Assembly: GCA_013265495.1 (NCBI GenBank)
Contig: MU058463.1
Location: 3,579,037-3,643,036 of the forward strand
Direction: 5' to 3'
Source of the DNA: Vicugna vicugna
Taxonomy: Eukaryota
DNA length: 64,000 nt
The notes below the pieces were generated by a model. That model was not told the DNA's origin and ran no database searches. It saw only the letters and a program-made list of their open reading frames with translations. The first letter of the stretch is position 1, and every line of letters starts with the position of its first letter. Positions 38,931 to 54,429 of the stretch are shown in pieces. Both the position numbers and the translations under genes were made by a program.

Positions 38931-41900
38931 ATCTAAAACTGCCATGAAAATGGAAAAGCACACATATCACACTGTGTGTGCACATGAATACACATGCATA
39001 TGAATACAGACACACACAAGATGACTACAATTCTGAATTTCAAAAGGTGGATACTTTTACACACACACCTTGTTCCCTGAAATACAATCTCACAGCTGTG
39101 ACAGTGGAAAAATATTAAACTTACAGAACGACAAGAGCTCCAAAATTCAAACACATGAAACGTGCTACTATGTAAAAGTTCAGAGCTTCATGTATTGTTA
39201 AGTAAATGAGGTCATCAGAGCCTTGTATGTTCAAAGCAAGTGCCATGAAGAGTTTGGCCACAGTTTAAACTACTGCTTCTCACATGACGTCACACAAGAA
39301 ATTCAGAATATTAATGAGACAAGGAGGAGAAAACATTTCCAAGTTTCACTAAGTTAAAGAATCCTCCTGAAAAACATGGGAAAGCCTAACTTTACTCACA
39401 ATTCAAAGAATTTCTAAAATCACTACTTCACTCTCCAAATTTTGACAAGAGTTCAAAAAGGCTCAGTCTTGTACGACAGTTCAGACAATATCTTGAAGCT
39501 TTCCTGTCCAAAGTCATGATACTCTTTTGCTTAAAACTATTCAAAGGCTTCCCAACCATCTTAAGACAAAGTCTGGAATCCTGAACTCTAGCTGCCTTCG
39601 GAGTCACTCAGCTGACATTTCTCCCACTTCACTTCCCTGCATCCACTCCCAGCACAAAGGTCTGCCGGCTCCTCTCGCCCCCTCCCAGGGCTGGACCGCC
39701 CGCTGCCCTGCTCCCCTACACAGATACCCTCTGGACTCTCACTGACTCTTTGACATGTCACATCCTCAGGAAAGCATCTCCTGGCCATACCCCTCAGGCT
39801 CAGGTCCATGAGCATCACCATGCTTGTTTTAAGGGAAAGAAAGAAAAAAGGACAAGAGCTGCTATCTGCATCACCTGGTCCCCTGTACTAGACCGCGTGC
39901 TCCAAAGGCCAGACACTGAGTTCATCTAGCCACTGTATCCCTGGTACCGAGCATGTACCCACACCTAGCAAGTACTCAATACATTTACTGTATGATTTAG
40001 CATCTGAACTGTTTCTGATCAAAGGTCCAGTGTTTCAGGAAAGGTGTCTACAAATTCTTACATAAACTGACTATCTTGTAGAAGTCCCAAGAAATAGGTA
40101 TAAGCACCTACCAAAATAAAATTTTACTACCACAAAGACAAGCGCAATCAATCATCAGAGGAGTAAACAACTGTTCTGGGAGAATCTCTATTGTTTCATT
40201 TTTTTCTCACTGGGGTAAGTAACCAAATAGCATGTCAATTATACATTAACTATAACAAACATTATGCACTATCATAAGTTATTGGCCTATTTTTTAACAA
40301 ACACCTTTCTAATCATGGTGAAAATGCAAAACAAGAACAAAACAAAACACCAAACAAACACATGCATAACTGGCAAAAGAAAGGAAAGGAGGATTGCTTA
40401 GGACTATCTGGCCAATACAGATCCACGTCACTGGACGTCACGGGGTAGAAACTGAATTTCACAGGAACACAATCCCTAATCTATCTGTTATTTACTGTAC
40501 TGACCACCACTCCCAGCACTGAAGCAAATGCACCAGGGCTACTCTGAACACAAGAGCATGGCAGGGTGTGAAGGAGGCTCACAGCCGTGACCTCGCGTTC
40601 TCGGTTTCCAGCGCACAGAGGTAGCGGCAAATGTCAGCAGACCCCTGTCTCTGCCCCACCATTTCAGTGCAATTCCAGATTACTTTTCCAATGAGAAGGA
40701 GAATCCCTTACAAAGCTTACCTAAAATGAACCGCACAGATTAAGTTTTAATTTTTTGTTCCAAATTTGACAGAGCACCTCAAGACTGGAAACTCGAGCTG
40801 ATGGAGATAGCACCTTGGGCCGCACAGGGAGCCTGGACAGGCTCTGGGAGACAGACACCTGATAAGCTTCTTAATGTCTCAGTTCAATCTGTGTGGCTTT
40901 TGAAAATGAAAAGGCCACCTTCAGAGCACTGGGTTAGTCGACAACTTTCTTCTTCAGCGGCTAAATTTAGAGAGAAATACTGTCATAACAACTGAGACAA
41001 GAAGGGGAATTGGTATCATATGAAGAGAAAAGAAAAACTCAGTAAAGAGGTAACATCTATTCACATCTCTTAGTGAAATGAGAGATCATCGTAGGGAAAC
41101 ACGACCCAAGACAGCTAAGTGCGCAGGGCCACCCCACTGGGGAAAAACCATACTCACACTCCTCAGATGTGACCTGTCCCGATTCAACAGCTCTGGACAT
41201 TCAAGAATCTTCAGGCAAGATAAGCTTTTATTAAACTGGCCCCAAATTAACTGAGCCACATATTGGGTGTCTCAAATTACTTAGATAAGCTTTTGGATCA
41301 TTTGGTTATTTAACATCCCAGCCACGTGACATGGACTTACCAAAAGACTCTAGATTAGCCTTATTCCAAGTTAGGATATCATGTGAGATAAGGCTACCCG
41401 TGAAAGTTCTTTGGCTGTTTGTTAGTCTAAAGGGGTGAGGGAATTGGGGAAGAATAAAGGAAAGCATGTCAGAATGGAACACAGACGGATCTAAGAAGAA
41501 ACCCAAGAGAAGGAATAGACTAAAGAAGTCCTCAAATTTTCTACTGTTCTTGATACACTACACTCTAAAACTTTTCTATCTGAGATCCCTAACTCTTATA
41601 AGTATCTTTATTTATAAAGAGAAGACAGATCCACACCCCCACCAAAGGAAAAAAATGCTATTCATTTTTCATAAAATAGAAATTGCCAAACTAAGGATTC
41701 CCTGAATTTTGGGGTTCAGTTTCTGAATAAAGGACTGGATGTTAAGAATGTGTCCATATATTTACAAAGCACTTCACATTTTTCAAAGTAATTTCACATT
41801 CAACATACCCTGAAATCTTTCTAAAAGCCCCGTGAAATCTTATTAAGTGTCCCCACTTATAGGCAAGACACCGGAAAGAAGTGACATACTTTTAATCACA

Positions 41901-44900
41901 CATTAAGTAGGACTGGGGCACAAGGGGGCATTAAGTCTAACTACCAGGTCAAAATCCCTTCCCTTCCACCAAATTCATTCATTCAACACCTCCCACGTGA
42001 CAGTGCTATCTCAGGCCCTGGGAGGGTTACAGTGGTGCACAGAATAGACTCAGACCTCCACCCTCACAATTAACACCTTAATGAACATCACTACACAATT
42101 TTTTTTGTTTTGTTTTGACTTTGGGTAGTCAGATGCCATTTTTACACGGCCAAATATTCAATCAATCAGTTTCTTTGCTCTAAGGAATTTCAATGCATGC
42201 AAATTAATAACTCATAAAAACTAAACATTCAGAATGTAAAACATGTTTGAAAACTTATCAAGCATTGGCAATTCAAAAGGAAACTTAAGGTACAGGGCCC
42301 TAGCCTCAGATGCTTGGTCTACTTGGAAAAAAGGCACACACATGATAAAAATTAAATAAAAAGATGTTCACACAACAAGGTACTTTCAAATGGAACACAG
42401 CAAACATTGTTAGGATCCTTTTCAAAAGGAAAAAAAAAAGCAACAACAACAAAAAGGAAGTATTATTCTAGGCTTTCTTAATTTAATGTCAACAGACTGT
42501 AGATTTAGAAGTACTGAAAGATTTAACTTTCAGCAACTAGTTGCTTTTAACATTACTTTTTGTACATTATCCAAAAAAGCCATTTACATTATTTACATAT
42601 ACTAGGAAAGACATCAAATACTTAAACCTTTATTATGTCTATTTTATAAACATCTTTCTTCAATTTCTCAACAGCAGCTCTATAAAATAAACATAAATGT
42701 AGAAGAGGCTGAAAAAGCTTAAGTTGCCTGTGCTAACTACTTGAAACTTAAGACTTTATAAATTATAATATTTGAGTATTAAGACCAGTTGGAAAAGGTG
42801 AAAATAAGTTTCAGGATCTATAATTAAAGTTTCAATTAAAATTAATTAATATCCAATTAAAATATTGATTAGTTAAAGTCAATTAACATTCCCTATGAGA
42901 ATTTAAGAGTACTGCAATCACATTGGTCACCTGTAATATATACATGCCCTTCACCAAAAATAATTATATTTTTAAACACACATGCACATGTATATGCACT
43001 TAGCCAATCAGCAAAATTACAGCTGTGATGACGAAACTTCCTGTAGCAATCCCTTCAAAATAGTCATAACGTGGATGCCATCTCCTATAAAGTTACATTT
43101 TATAAAACATTTCTTTTCCCTCATTTCCTTCAGAAAAGCAAGCTTTCTTCAAGGGGCAGGATTTCAATAAGCCTGTTCTCACAACCTCAAGCCAAAACTT
43201 GGAACACTTCCCATACATTCTCTGAAAATTTATCAAGTGTTGTGACCTAGATCCAGGGTCACAAAGTTGTCAGTTATGGCATAAAGGTTATTTGAGGCCC
43301 TCCCAAACTGAGAAGGTAGGCAACAAGAAAAGAGAGGCAGGCCCTTCAAGAAGTCATAATCCAAATGAGCTCATTAGCAATTGCACAATTAGAGACAATC
43401 TTGGGAGAAATGCTACCTGGTGCCCCTGCAGAAACCAAGCTTGACACACCCCTTACTCAGATGTGTTCTGGGGACGCTTCTGCCTTAAGCAGGGAAGACA
43501 GCTGGCCTGCAACCAAGAAAACAGCAGAGGCTAAGTTCCCAGGGTACAAGAGGGAACGAGAGAGAAGAGAGGTAAGACCACGGGACCAGAGGATGTAAAG
43601 TCCACTAGATAGACTTTGACTCCCACATGTTCTCAGGGCATCCATCTTTTAATTGTAATGTTCTTCCCAAAAACATCAGGGTCAAGCAATAAAAACCAAA
43701 TAACTACAATATATGCTCTCTAACAAGCAGCATTTTATCTGCAGCCACAGGCTAATATTAAAGAACATGGACCCAGCCCTTGGCAAAGCAGTGAGAGAGA
43801 GACAGACAAAGGCTAACATTACCCTTCTTCCAGTCTACTCTCTAGAGCATGTCAGAAATGGAGTACATACGATCTAATGTATGGTGGTGGTGACTGGGAG
43901 AAGCATGTACAAGTATTAATCATTTTGCAACAAAAGCAGTAAGGTAAGTAAAAACTAACTATTTCAAAGTAAACATGCTTGTGAGTGCAAAAGCAATTCT
44001 GCAAACTGATACTTCAAGTCACACCAGTCTTTCTTCTGAAAGGAAGAGATGACCTGTTAGGAAAATGGTGTGAAGACGCCACCCCATCTTAAAATAGCCA
44101 AAAGCAAAACAAATTATAACAATAGTAACAATGACACTGGGTTCATAAAACATTAAACAAAAATTAATTTTAGCAACAGTGTCTGTTATATGTCCGGTTC
44201 CCTTCTACAGTTGGTGTGATCAACAAAACCAAGTCCCTGTCCTTGGGCAATTGATACTCAAAATGAAGATGCAACCCTGGTCTCAAAGAAAATTCTCAAT
44301 AATATTTGTTACTTGAAGATGCTCACTGTCCCAAAGAAATGAATTCTAGACAAAAAGAAAGTGCTTTATTAGGGAGTTACTTGAAATTTCTAAACTATGC
44401 AACATACCATATTCCAATTAAATACTTATGCTATATTATGAGTAAAGTTTAAGTTAAAACTGTAACTTCTGACACCAGTTAATTAGCTGTCATTGACAAA
44501 GAGCCCTTAATTGGAAGCCAGTAGGAATTCTTCAATATGGAAGACTAAATATTAATTTCTCTATTCTCTTACAAAACCACACTAGAGTGACAACTAATTC
44601 AAGTCTTATAAACCCACACGGAAGATCAAATGGGAGACACAATACTATCAGACTAAGAAGAGTCATTTTATTCAGAAATGAAAAAAAACAGGTAAGCATC
44701 AGGTGACAGACCCAGCTGGGTTTCAGTATTCTCTGCTCCGAAGGCCCACAGTGGGGTATAAGCGAACAAGGAAAGTTCTGGAATGAAGGCATGGGTACCA
44801 CAGAGGGTGGGGGTCCCCAGGTGAAGCAACAGCAGGAGGACTGGTGCAGAGTCTATGGTGAGAGCACTGAAAGCCTCGGCTCCCTCCCCGCCCAGGCAGC

Positions 44901-45169
44901 TGCTCCTCTCCTGCTTCTATCAAAGTCAGGTTTTATCACTGAAACAGGAAGCTGTAAGGTTTAAGATGCCTTAGACGAGCAGGGGTACCTTACCCAAAAA
45001 AGGAGGATTAAGTGGAAGTCTGCAGACTAGACAGCCAACTCAGTGAGGACAGGGACTCACCGTTGGGTTTGGTCACTGCTGGACCCCACTATCTACAATG
45101 GTGCCTGGCACATGGAAGGCACTTAAATACACAACAGGAGTTTAGTAGATGAGTTTCTTTTGATCTCCA

Positions 45170-46460
45170 AGAAAGTAAAACATCAAAAAAAAAATCAAGA
45201 ACAAAAGGAGAGAAAAATATGTAAAATCTGGATGTCAATCCAGAAGATTCAACATCTAACTAAAAGGAACACCTAGAAAGAATAGAGAAAACCAGGGAGG
45301 GGGGTGGACTGCAAAGAAATAATGCAGGACATTTTGCAGAACTGAAGTTTCCAGGTTGGAAGTGCCCGCCAACTGTCTAGCACCAAAATAAAAAAATGCA
45401 ATTTCAAAATACCAGAAACAAAAAAATTCTAAAATATCCAGGGTATCTTAAGCAGATAGATCTAAAGAATCAAAAATGAGAATGGATTAAGACTTCAATA
45501 GCAATCCTCAAGCAAAAACACAGTGGAATACTGCCTTCTAAACCCTGTTGGAAGTGCTTCCTAACATACAATTCTACTCGTGGCCAAAAGAACAATCAAG
45601 TGTAAGAACAAAGGTGCAATAAAGACATTTTTAGACAGATGAGGGTCTCAGAATTCACCTCCCACTATCCTCTTTCCCCTCCTACTCCCCACAAAAAAAA
45701 AAAAAAAAAAAAAAAAAAAAGAATGTACTCTACTAAACTAGTGAAAAAAAGGAAAAAAAGTCAGTCTCTGCATTTAGGACACAAGCAATGCAGCACAGAG
45801 CACAGGCTGGTGCATGCCCAGGACGAGAGCAGAAGTCCCGCCATGACAGCTGCGCGCAGGCCTACGGAGAACGAGCTAAGGTTGTAGTAAGAGGACAGAG
45901 GACACCACCAGGAGGAATAGTTAAAATAAATGCATAAGTTAAAAAGCCCCTGCTGGGTTTCCATGTCCAACCAAACCAAGGACGTTTCATTTGGAGAGTT
46001 TGAAAGATCAAGTGAGCATCATTTTGCAATTAACTCTAGGCAAAACAAGAGTTAAGTGAAAAAAAGAAACGTAATGATAAAATATTGCATGGCTTAAATA
46101 GGACTCTTGCCATCATAATCAATACTGATATGTCCTAAAATTGGTAAAAAGCTACATAGGAGAATATGCAGAGAAAAAGTATAAGGTGGGAGGAGGGTGT
46201 TAAAAATTAAACCTTCACCACCCAAATCAGAAAGTCAATGGATCATGATTAAAAATGGTAACTCAAGCAAGAGTCATATAAGCACAGAATTTAAAAAGAG
46301 AGGTAGACAGCAAAACTAGAACAGATAAAAAATTTCGTAAACTGCATCAGGGTAATAAGTGGGCAGGGGAGGATGGGGTGGGAATCTGCTATTTTCCTTA
46401 AAACATCTATGAGACTAATACTTTCTAAACTATAGACATGTTGCTTTATAAAACACGTAT
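45170..46460 (+). mobile_element. HAL1-like (ORF1-only) L1-derived remnant
   Basis: Contains ccagaagattcaacatctaactaa...agacttc..agcaa...cagtggaatactgccttc...aataaagacatttttagaca, with a HAL1-type 3' end. Confidence 0.5.
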
Positions 46461-46883
46461 CAAAAAATGTTTTCACCCAGTGAACAACCTATTCTAATCC
46501 ATTACTTGTTACCTCATAATGGGATTACGGATTAAGGATCTCACAGTAAAAGAAGATTTAGATTTATATACAAATTAAATAAAAGTAATTTTGGATATGA
46601 AAAGCTAGTTCTCTGCTTAAACCCTTTTACGTGAAATTTAAATGAATTACACTATGAATAAAACTGCAATTCACGTCCTCATGATCTCACCATTCTGCTG
46701 GAGCCCCTGCCAAGGGAAGGAAAACTAATCAGGTATCTAGCCTAAAATCTCAAAAGGAATCACCAATCACGATTCTTTTTAAATTACATCACATGTTACA
46801 TCACGTTATAGTAACAAAGCCTCTCCTCTATTTTTTAAACCCACCTGGTATGTAAATCTACCCCGTGTGCAAACGCACTAGAG

Positions 46884-47201
46884 CAGAGGTGGGCAAACCT
46901 ATGGCCCAAAACCATCCTGCCCCTGGTTTTGCCATGCCCACCAACTACAAATGGTTTTTAACTTTTTTTTTAAATGGTTAAAAAAAAAATCAAAAACAGA
47001 ATATATTTCTTGACACATGGGGAAAAAAACAAAATCACATGAAACTCAGATCTCTGTCCACAGATAAAGATTTACCAGAACACAGCCTCGTTCGCTCACA
47101 TTTGCACCTGCGGCTGCCTTCTAGTGATGCAGAGTGTACGGCCCACGAAGCCTAGAGTATTGACTATCTGGTCCCTTTCAGAAAGGGTTTGTTGACTCTT
47201 G
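46884..47201 (-). mobile_element. MER58B-like hAT-Charlie element, inverted relative to the copies at 33586 and 49944
   Basis: Terminal inverted repeats CAGAGGTGGGCAAAC / GTTTGTTGACTCTTG. Degenerate 8-bp TSD cactagag / aactaaag. Confidence 0.75.
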
Positions 47202-48712
47202 AACTAAAGGACTCTAATTCTGAATTCCATTTGAACTGTATTCCAAATGAAATTGAGCCAAATTCATATAATAAAATACACATATAGAGTCCTTGCATTG
47301 GGGATGTTTGACTGAGGACACTTAGGGAGGGCCTACACAACCCTTGAGAAAGGAAAAGTGCAGAGGGATGTAATGGTCTGCTCGGGGGCACTCAGGAAAA
47401 TGGGAACAGAATGAAGACGAGGGTCTCGGTGCTGAGATGGTTGTTCTCTTAGACACACATCTGTCATCGGTCAAAGTTTTAACCCTAACACTCCTTTGTT
47501 CCGACTCCACTTCAACTTCCTGTTACTGAATCGCTTATTTCATTTCAGTTAAAATGTTAACATGCTTTTTAGTTTGGCCTTCCCCATATATTTAAAACAG
47601 ATTTCTGTTCATACTTACTGCTGACTGTGCCAATAAAGCAGCACACAATGTGGTTAAGGACAGTCTTTGGTGTCAGGGAGGCTCAGGCCCTGGCTTTGCT
47701 TCCAAGGGTCACTATGCCCTCTCATAGTCCTCTGAACTTCTCCAAACTTCACTTCTACTTCTCTCATTCTAAAAATGAGGGCAGTACCTGCCTCAGATGA
47801 GCACGGTTAGACAGGACAACGAAAAATGTCAAGAACTTAATGTACTGACTGTTGGAATCAAGAACTCGAGAAACGTGACCTATTATACTTTGTCTTATGT
47901 CCAAGTATTTTATAGGCATTCCTTGTCCTTGAAGAACTTGATAGGCAGTGTTCTCCGACATCAGTGTGCATAACAATCACACTGCTACACTTGTCAATGC
48001 AGACTACCTCGGCCCTACTCCCAGCTACCCTGACTCTTTCATCTGGAAGGGGCGGGAATCTCCATATTCAAGCTCAAGTGTGATTTGGATGCATGTCATC
48101 CACGGAATAGAAATAAAATGTTCCTAGATAATGAAACAGATACCAAGAGGTTAAGACAAGCAAAAGCCTAAATGATCACAGCCTTAAGAACTAGCCTACT
48201 TCATCAAAATAGCAAAAGAGCTGAGTACAGGCATTCCTTTTGCTTGTATTTCCTGCCACAACTGTCTTGATTTTTTTTTTTAAACTTGAACTGATGTTGG
48301 GCTCCATATGTTAAATAATGTTCAATATCAAGATTATTATTTCCTAGTTTACAAAGGTTAGGACTTCCATTATACATCCAAGTAAACATTTAGGGAACTC
48401 CAAAGATCATACTCAGGTCTCGGTGGAACCCCAGTTTTCTACCTTGGAATTCAGCCACACAACCCTGTAACCATCCCCAGGGAATGTACGACTGACCCAT
48501 TTTACTTACTGGTACATCTGTAAACAGAAAGAAAAAAATAGAAAAATAATACACATCCCTACAACACAAACTAAAAGAAGCTGAAAATCTGGTTAGAAAC
48601 AGGCACAAAACTAAATATATTCTACACTGAGAAACCCTGCTGTGTAAACACATGAACTGAACCGCATGCAACAGCCGCACCTGAGGGTAAGGGTTCTCAG
48701 TTTAAGTGTCTA

Positions 48713-48946
<234 letters not shown>

Positions 48947-49943
48947 TTATAGGTATTATTTAGCTAGATAGAGATTACCTCTCTTCTACTTGAGAAAAAT
49001 AACATGTATTTAACAGTTTCTATCAAAACAGAACGCACATTTGATTACTACAAGTTCCAAAATCATTTTTAACAGGCAAATATCCCCTAGAAGAATATGA
49101 CATTTTCTGTTGCATGGTGGCACGGACTTCAAAAAACCATGGAACTGTATGTCTCAGAAAGTCGGGGATCTGGGGCTCTTGAGACCGAACTGACCTTGAA
49201 GGGGCAACGTGATGACCTGACCACCTCACTTACATTTTAGAAATGAACACTTTCATCTGACAACAGACTCATATGTGAACTTGGGCTAATGTCTATAAAC
49301 ATGTTGTGGTAAACAAGGCAAATCTTATTTGCATTTTTCTAAAAATAAGTCTAAAAGTAGGTGAAAGTCAGCTGTTTGTGGATTGTCTCAACCCTTCAAT
49401 AATCAGATACTTGCCCTGTCTCAGACCTATACTAAACTTAGCACGTGCTTCCTTCTCATTAAAGCCAAACAGCTTTCAAAGACACATAGTTGGGAAGAGT
49501 TCACTTTCAGCATCCGCACAATTACAAGGCAGTGGGCAGGATTCAAAATAACCCCCTGGGGCACTGCAAGTTAGAACAAAGGTTTTCTGTCACTAACTTA
49601 CTGTGCTAAGGGAAATTTTAGAGTATTTTCAGTGATAGGGGTTCTACAATAGGGTTTATCTTGAGGATTAACCAGCAGTTGACTAAAAAAACGAAGGAAA
49701 AAAATTACAATCACAGACTCCATTAACTGACCTTGCTATATAAATCTGTGATCTAATTACAAATCTCATTAAAGTCATATTCCTTCAAACAAAGTTTACT
49801 GTAATTCTAGTGAGCACATATTCCTGAAATCACATACTTCATTATTCACTCTTGTACTGTTACAGTCTGGTCCACTACCTGTTAAGAGTAACTTATCCCA
49901 GATGGTTGAGGAATATACTACTTAGCCATTTACTCTTATAGTT

Positions 49944-50254
49944 CAGGGTCGGCAAACTTTTGCTATAAAGGGCCAGCTAGTAACTGGACATGCTTTGTGG
50001 CCAGTCTGTCACAACTACTCAGCCCTGCCACTGCAGCCCGAAGGGCATCACAGATGACGTATAAATGAGTATGGCTGTGTTCCTACAAACTTTATTTATG
50101 GACATTGAAAGCTGAATTTCCCATAATTTTCACATCACAAAATAATATTCTTTTGATTCTTTTCAATCATTTAAAAATGTGAAAATCTAGCTGGCAGCTA
50201 CACCATCCCGGCAGTGGACCCAGCAGCCCACAGGACACAGTCTGCTGACTCCTG
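49944..50254 (+). mobile_element. MER58B-like hAT-Charlie element
   Basis: Terminal inverted repeats CAGGGTCGGCAAAC / GTCTGCTGACTCCTG. Internal acaactactcagccctgcc and ggctgtgttcc..aaactttatttatggaca. Confidence 0.8.
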
Positions 50255-50554
50255 TTACAGACAAAGAGTCTAAAATATCTCTTTTAATCAATGTAGTAAC
50301 AATCCTAATATATCATTCTTCCCTTAGAGTGTGGACCACAGTCCTGCCTTCATTAAGAATATGTTGGTGGGTTAAAAATTCATATTCCTGGGTCCCACTT
50401 TGGTCTACTGTGGCAAGATTATCGCCCACCTATGTAGATCCTTCTCTTTCTCCCTTCCTTGCTGTCAGACCCCTGAACTGAAGAGCCCTCTCTAGACCTC
50501 TGTCCAGTACCAGAGAGCTCTCTCTAGACCCCACAAGTGAAGGTTAGTCTAGGC

Positions 50555-50740
50555 CAGTTGTTCTCAATCTTTGATGCATCAAAATCTTACAGGATTTGTT
50601 AAAACACGAAGTGCTAACACCTGACTGCAGGCAGCCCTAACCTACCCGACTTGGTTTGGGGTAAGGTCAAAGAATCTGAATGTCTAACAAGTTCCCAGGT
50701 GATGCTGATACTGCTCTCTGGAGATCACACCTTGAGATGG
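50555..50740. mobile_element. MER5A-like hAT-Charlie element
   Basis: Contains cagttgttctcaa...aagaatctgaatgtctaacaagttcccaggtgatgctgat. Confidence 0.65.
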
Positions 50741-50899
50741 ATGCACTGGGCTGAGCCAGTCCTGGTAAGCCCATTAATCCCATTTGCCCAATGACTGTTT
50801 CAGGCATAAGCCCTGGACACAATCCTAGCCAATAAAAGCTAAGGGGAAATATTCTGATGGGCATGTGAGCAAGTTTCTCCTCATGTTTAAAGGGGTCAC

Positions 50900-53480
50900 A
50901 AAAGACCCAATTATATGCTGCCTACAACAAGTGCTCTTCAAATGTAAACATGTGGGTTAAAAGTAAAAGGATGGAGCACTGCAAAACAAACATGACCCAC
51001 AAAGAGAAGCCCAGGCCCAGAACATTTCACTACTGAACTCTGCCAAATATTTAAAGAAGAATATCAATTCTTAACAAATTCTTCTGGAAAAAAAAAAAAA
51101 ACACAGCCTATGAGTTCAGCATAGCTATGAAACCTGATACCAAAACCAGACACAGACATTAAAAGGAAAGAAACTAAAGACCACCCCTCATGAACACAGA
51201 AGCAAAAGGTCTGAATAGTTTAGCAAATTCAGTACAACCATATATGAAAGAGATGCTTCGTCATTACCAAGGGGGGTTTATCCCGGGAATGGAAGGGTTG
51301 GTTTAACATTCAACCGTCAGTGTAACTTACCACATATACTGAAATAGAAAAGCCATATGATAATCTCAACATACAACGGAAAAAACATATGGCATCCATT
51401 CCTGATAAAAACTCTCAGCAAATCAGAAATAGGAGGAAATATCCTCAGCCTTAGTAAAGGCATCTACAAAAACAGCATCCTTAACGGTGGAAGACTGAAC
51501 GCTTTTCCCCTAATACCAGGAACAATACAAGATCTGCAGGTTCTCATCAGTACAATTAGGCAATAAATAAAAACATTTAGACTAGAAAGAAGCAAGTAAA
51601 TCTGTCTTTATTCACAGATGAGATGATCATCTATGTAAAAAAATTTGAAAATGCTACAAAAGATACTAGAATAAATGAGTTTTGTAACAAGATTATAGGA
51701 TAACAGATCAAAGGACAGAAGTATTTTTATGTTAGCAACATTCAGTATTTTTGAAATTTCACTTCACATGTACCACAGCATAAAAAAATAAGATGCCTGA
51801 GGATTAATCTGACAAAAGATGTTAAGACCTGTATACTAACAACTACAAAATATTCTGAGGGAAATCTAAAAAGATATAAACAGATTCTGTTCATGGGTCA
51901 GAAGACTAAATATTGTTAAGATGTCAACAGTCCCTAAATTGATCTGTTTAACAAAATTCCACTCGAAAATTTCAGCAGGCTTCTTGTAGAAATGTAGAAG
52001 TTGATTCTGAAATTCACATGGAAATGCAAAGATCCTAGAACAGCCCGAACAATGAAGCTGGAGAGTGACCGCTGACTATGACTTATTACAGAGCTACAGT
52101 AATGAAGACACTTTAGGATGCCAAGAAAGTAACCAGATCAATGGAAAAAAGTAGACGGTCCAGAAATAAAATATAAATGTATGGAATACTGATTTCTGAC
52201 ATAGTACAAAGACAACACAACGAAGAAAACACAGTCTTTTTGAACAAGTGGTAATGGAATAAATGGATATCCACATACAAAAAGTGGACCTTGATCCATA
52301 CTTCTCACAATATCCAAAGTGAACTCAAAATAGATGACAAAAGTGTAAAACCTAAACTGTAAAACTCTTAGAAGAAATCACAGATGAAAGTCTTTGTGTT
52401 CTTGGGTTGGCAAAAATTTATTAGACACACTTTCTTAGACTGAAAGTATGATCCATGAGAGAAAAAAATTTATCAACTGGACTTCACCAAAACTTAAAAA
52501 AAATCACTCTTTGAAAGATTATTCAGAGAATAAATGACAATAGATTGGGGGAAAATATTTACAAATCATTTATCTGATACAAGAACTTATAAGCAGAATA
52601 TATGTAAGAAATTCTACAAACTCAATAAGCAATTCAGTTCTTTTAAAAATTGGCAAAAGATTTAAACAGATATTTCAGCAAAGATGATCTATGAATGGTA
52701 AACAGGTGTATAAAAAGATGCTCATCATTAGTTATTCGGGAAATGCAAACTAGAGCCCCCGTGAGATACTACTACACAGCTGTTAGGATTTCTAAAGACA
52801 AGACTGGCCACAGCGAGTCTTGGTGACAATATGGTGCAAGTGAAACTCTCATACACGGCTGGTGGAACGGAAAAATGGCATAACCACTTTGGAAAAGATT
52901 TTGGCAGCTTCTTTAAAAATTAACATGTACCTAACTCTCTGTTTCAGACTCTCAAAGGCCATTAAGTATTTACCCAGAAGACACAAATGCCATATGTCCA
53001 TGCAAAGACTTATTTGTAACAGCCCAAAACTGAAACCCAAATATTCACGGAAAGATGAATGGATAAGCCTCGGCTGTGTCCCTACAATCTAAGGGCTCTC
53101 ACAATAAAAAGAAATGACCTACTGATTCACATAACACTGATGAATTTCAAAACAATTACCTTGATTGAAAGAAGCCAGACCAAACCAAAGAAATGAAAGA
53201 GTACATGCTATGTGATTTCACTGATATAAAAGTATAGAAAATGCACACCACGCCAGATGGACAGAAAACAGATCGGTGGCGGCCTGAGGCAGAGGTGGCA
53301 GGGTCAGGAGAGGACGGAATACAAAAGGGCCACAGGGAAGCCTGGAGCGTGGGGACAGATTCACCATCTCGACCATGGTGGTGGTTTTACGGTGTATACG
53401 TATGTCAAAACCAATCAAATAGAGCATTTTAAATGTATGCAGTTTATATTTAACTCATACCTTAATAAAGCTTTAGAAAA
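50900..53480 (+). mobile_element. Old L1 (L1MB/L1MC-like) ORF2 remnants and 3'UTR, antisense to SLAIN1
   Basis: Ordered remnants from the EN start (gacccaattatatgctgcctaca) through HPFLIKTLSK..LNAFPL to the 3' end aaatgtatgcagtttat...ccttaataaagc. Confidence 0.85.
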
Positions 53481-54429
53481 ATTCACAGAACAGTAAGGAA
53501 CAAACAGCTTCCTGCCCTTCGATGTTCTTAAGACCTGAGCCTGGGGCTGCCACCTGCCATGCAGGTGACCCAGAGAAGTGGATGCCACAGCCCAGACATA
53601 CAGGAGCCATCAGTTAACTGTGGAACTTCCTCATCTTTAGATTTCTTCTGAGTTAACTAATTTTCCTCACTGTTTAACACACACACAGTCATGCGCTGTC
53701 TGAGCCTTTGCTTATTTTCAAACCTCTCTCAGCCACCACCTGAAGCTATCTGAAGCACCATCCTGCCCATTACCTGTCGCATCCAACGGGACCACTGTCC
53801 CTTTCTGCTGTGGCTAGGAACTTCCACCAACCAGCTCGCCCCAGGATTGCAAACACTCCCACCAGTTTGGGTGTTGTTTGTATTTCTGGGCAGTGATCTG
53901 CTTTCTGCTTGCAGGAGAACTCCTCAGTAAGACATCCTGAATCTTTTAGGGCCTATGTAACGTGGTTCTTTCCATGTGCATGTATGTATTTGACTTCACA
54001 GCACATTCAAAAGCAGTGCTCACTTCCCACAGGCACACTGAATCGCCACATGAGCCGCTCTGCCCTATTCATGTGCAGGGTTTTCCCTCTTTCACATTCC
54101 ACTGTCTGTCCATGCTATCTGCTACTGTATCTCACCTCACCTGCAGTTCACAGCATATGGGGAGGACCACGCAACTGAAAGCAGGGAATTTAGCTGAAAG
54201 GCTGCATAAGGAGTAACTGGAATGCCAGTCGCCTCCTCTACTCCACTCAGCCAGGCCCACCACAAGCTAAGACCTACCAAGTGGAAGACCTACAGAGAAG
54301 CTCTGACTCTGGGCACACCGAACTTAGCTGAAGGAGGGATGAAGTGCCTCACTGAACCAGAGAGGGTAAGTGAACGCCGACTTGCTGAATGGTTAGAATC
54401 CTAACCCTTTACATTCCTAGAACTGACTG

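Noticed and set aside
45693..45720. Long poly(A) run suggesting a retrocopy tail
   Set aside because: It lies inside a HAL1-like remnant, with no upstream processed-gene sequence or TSD.
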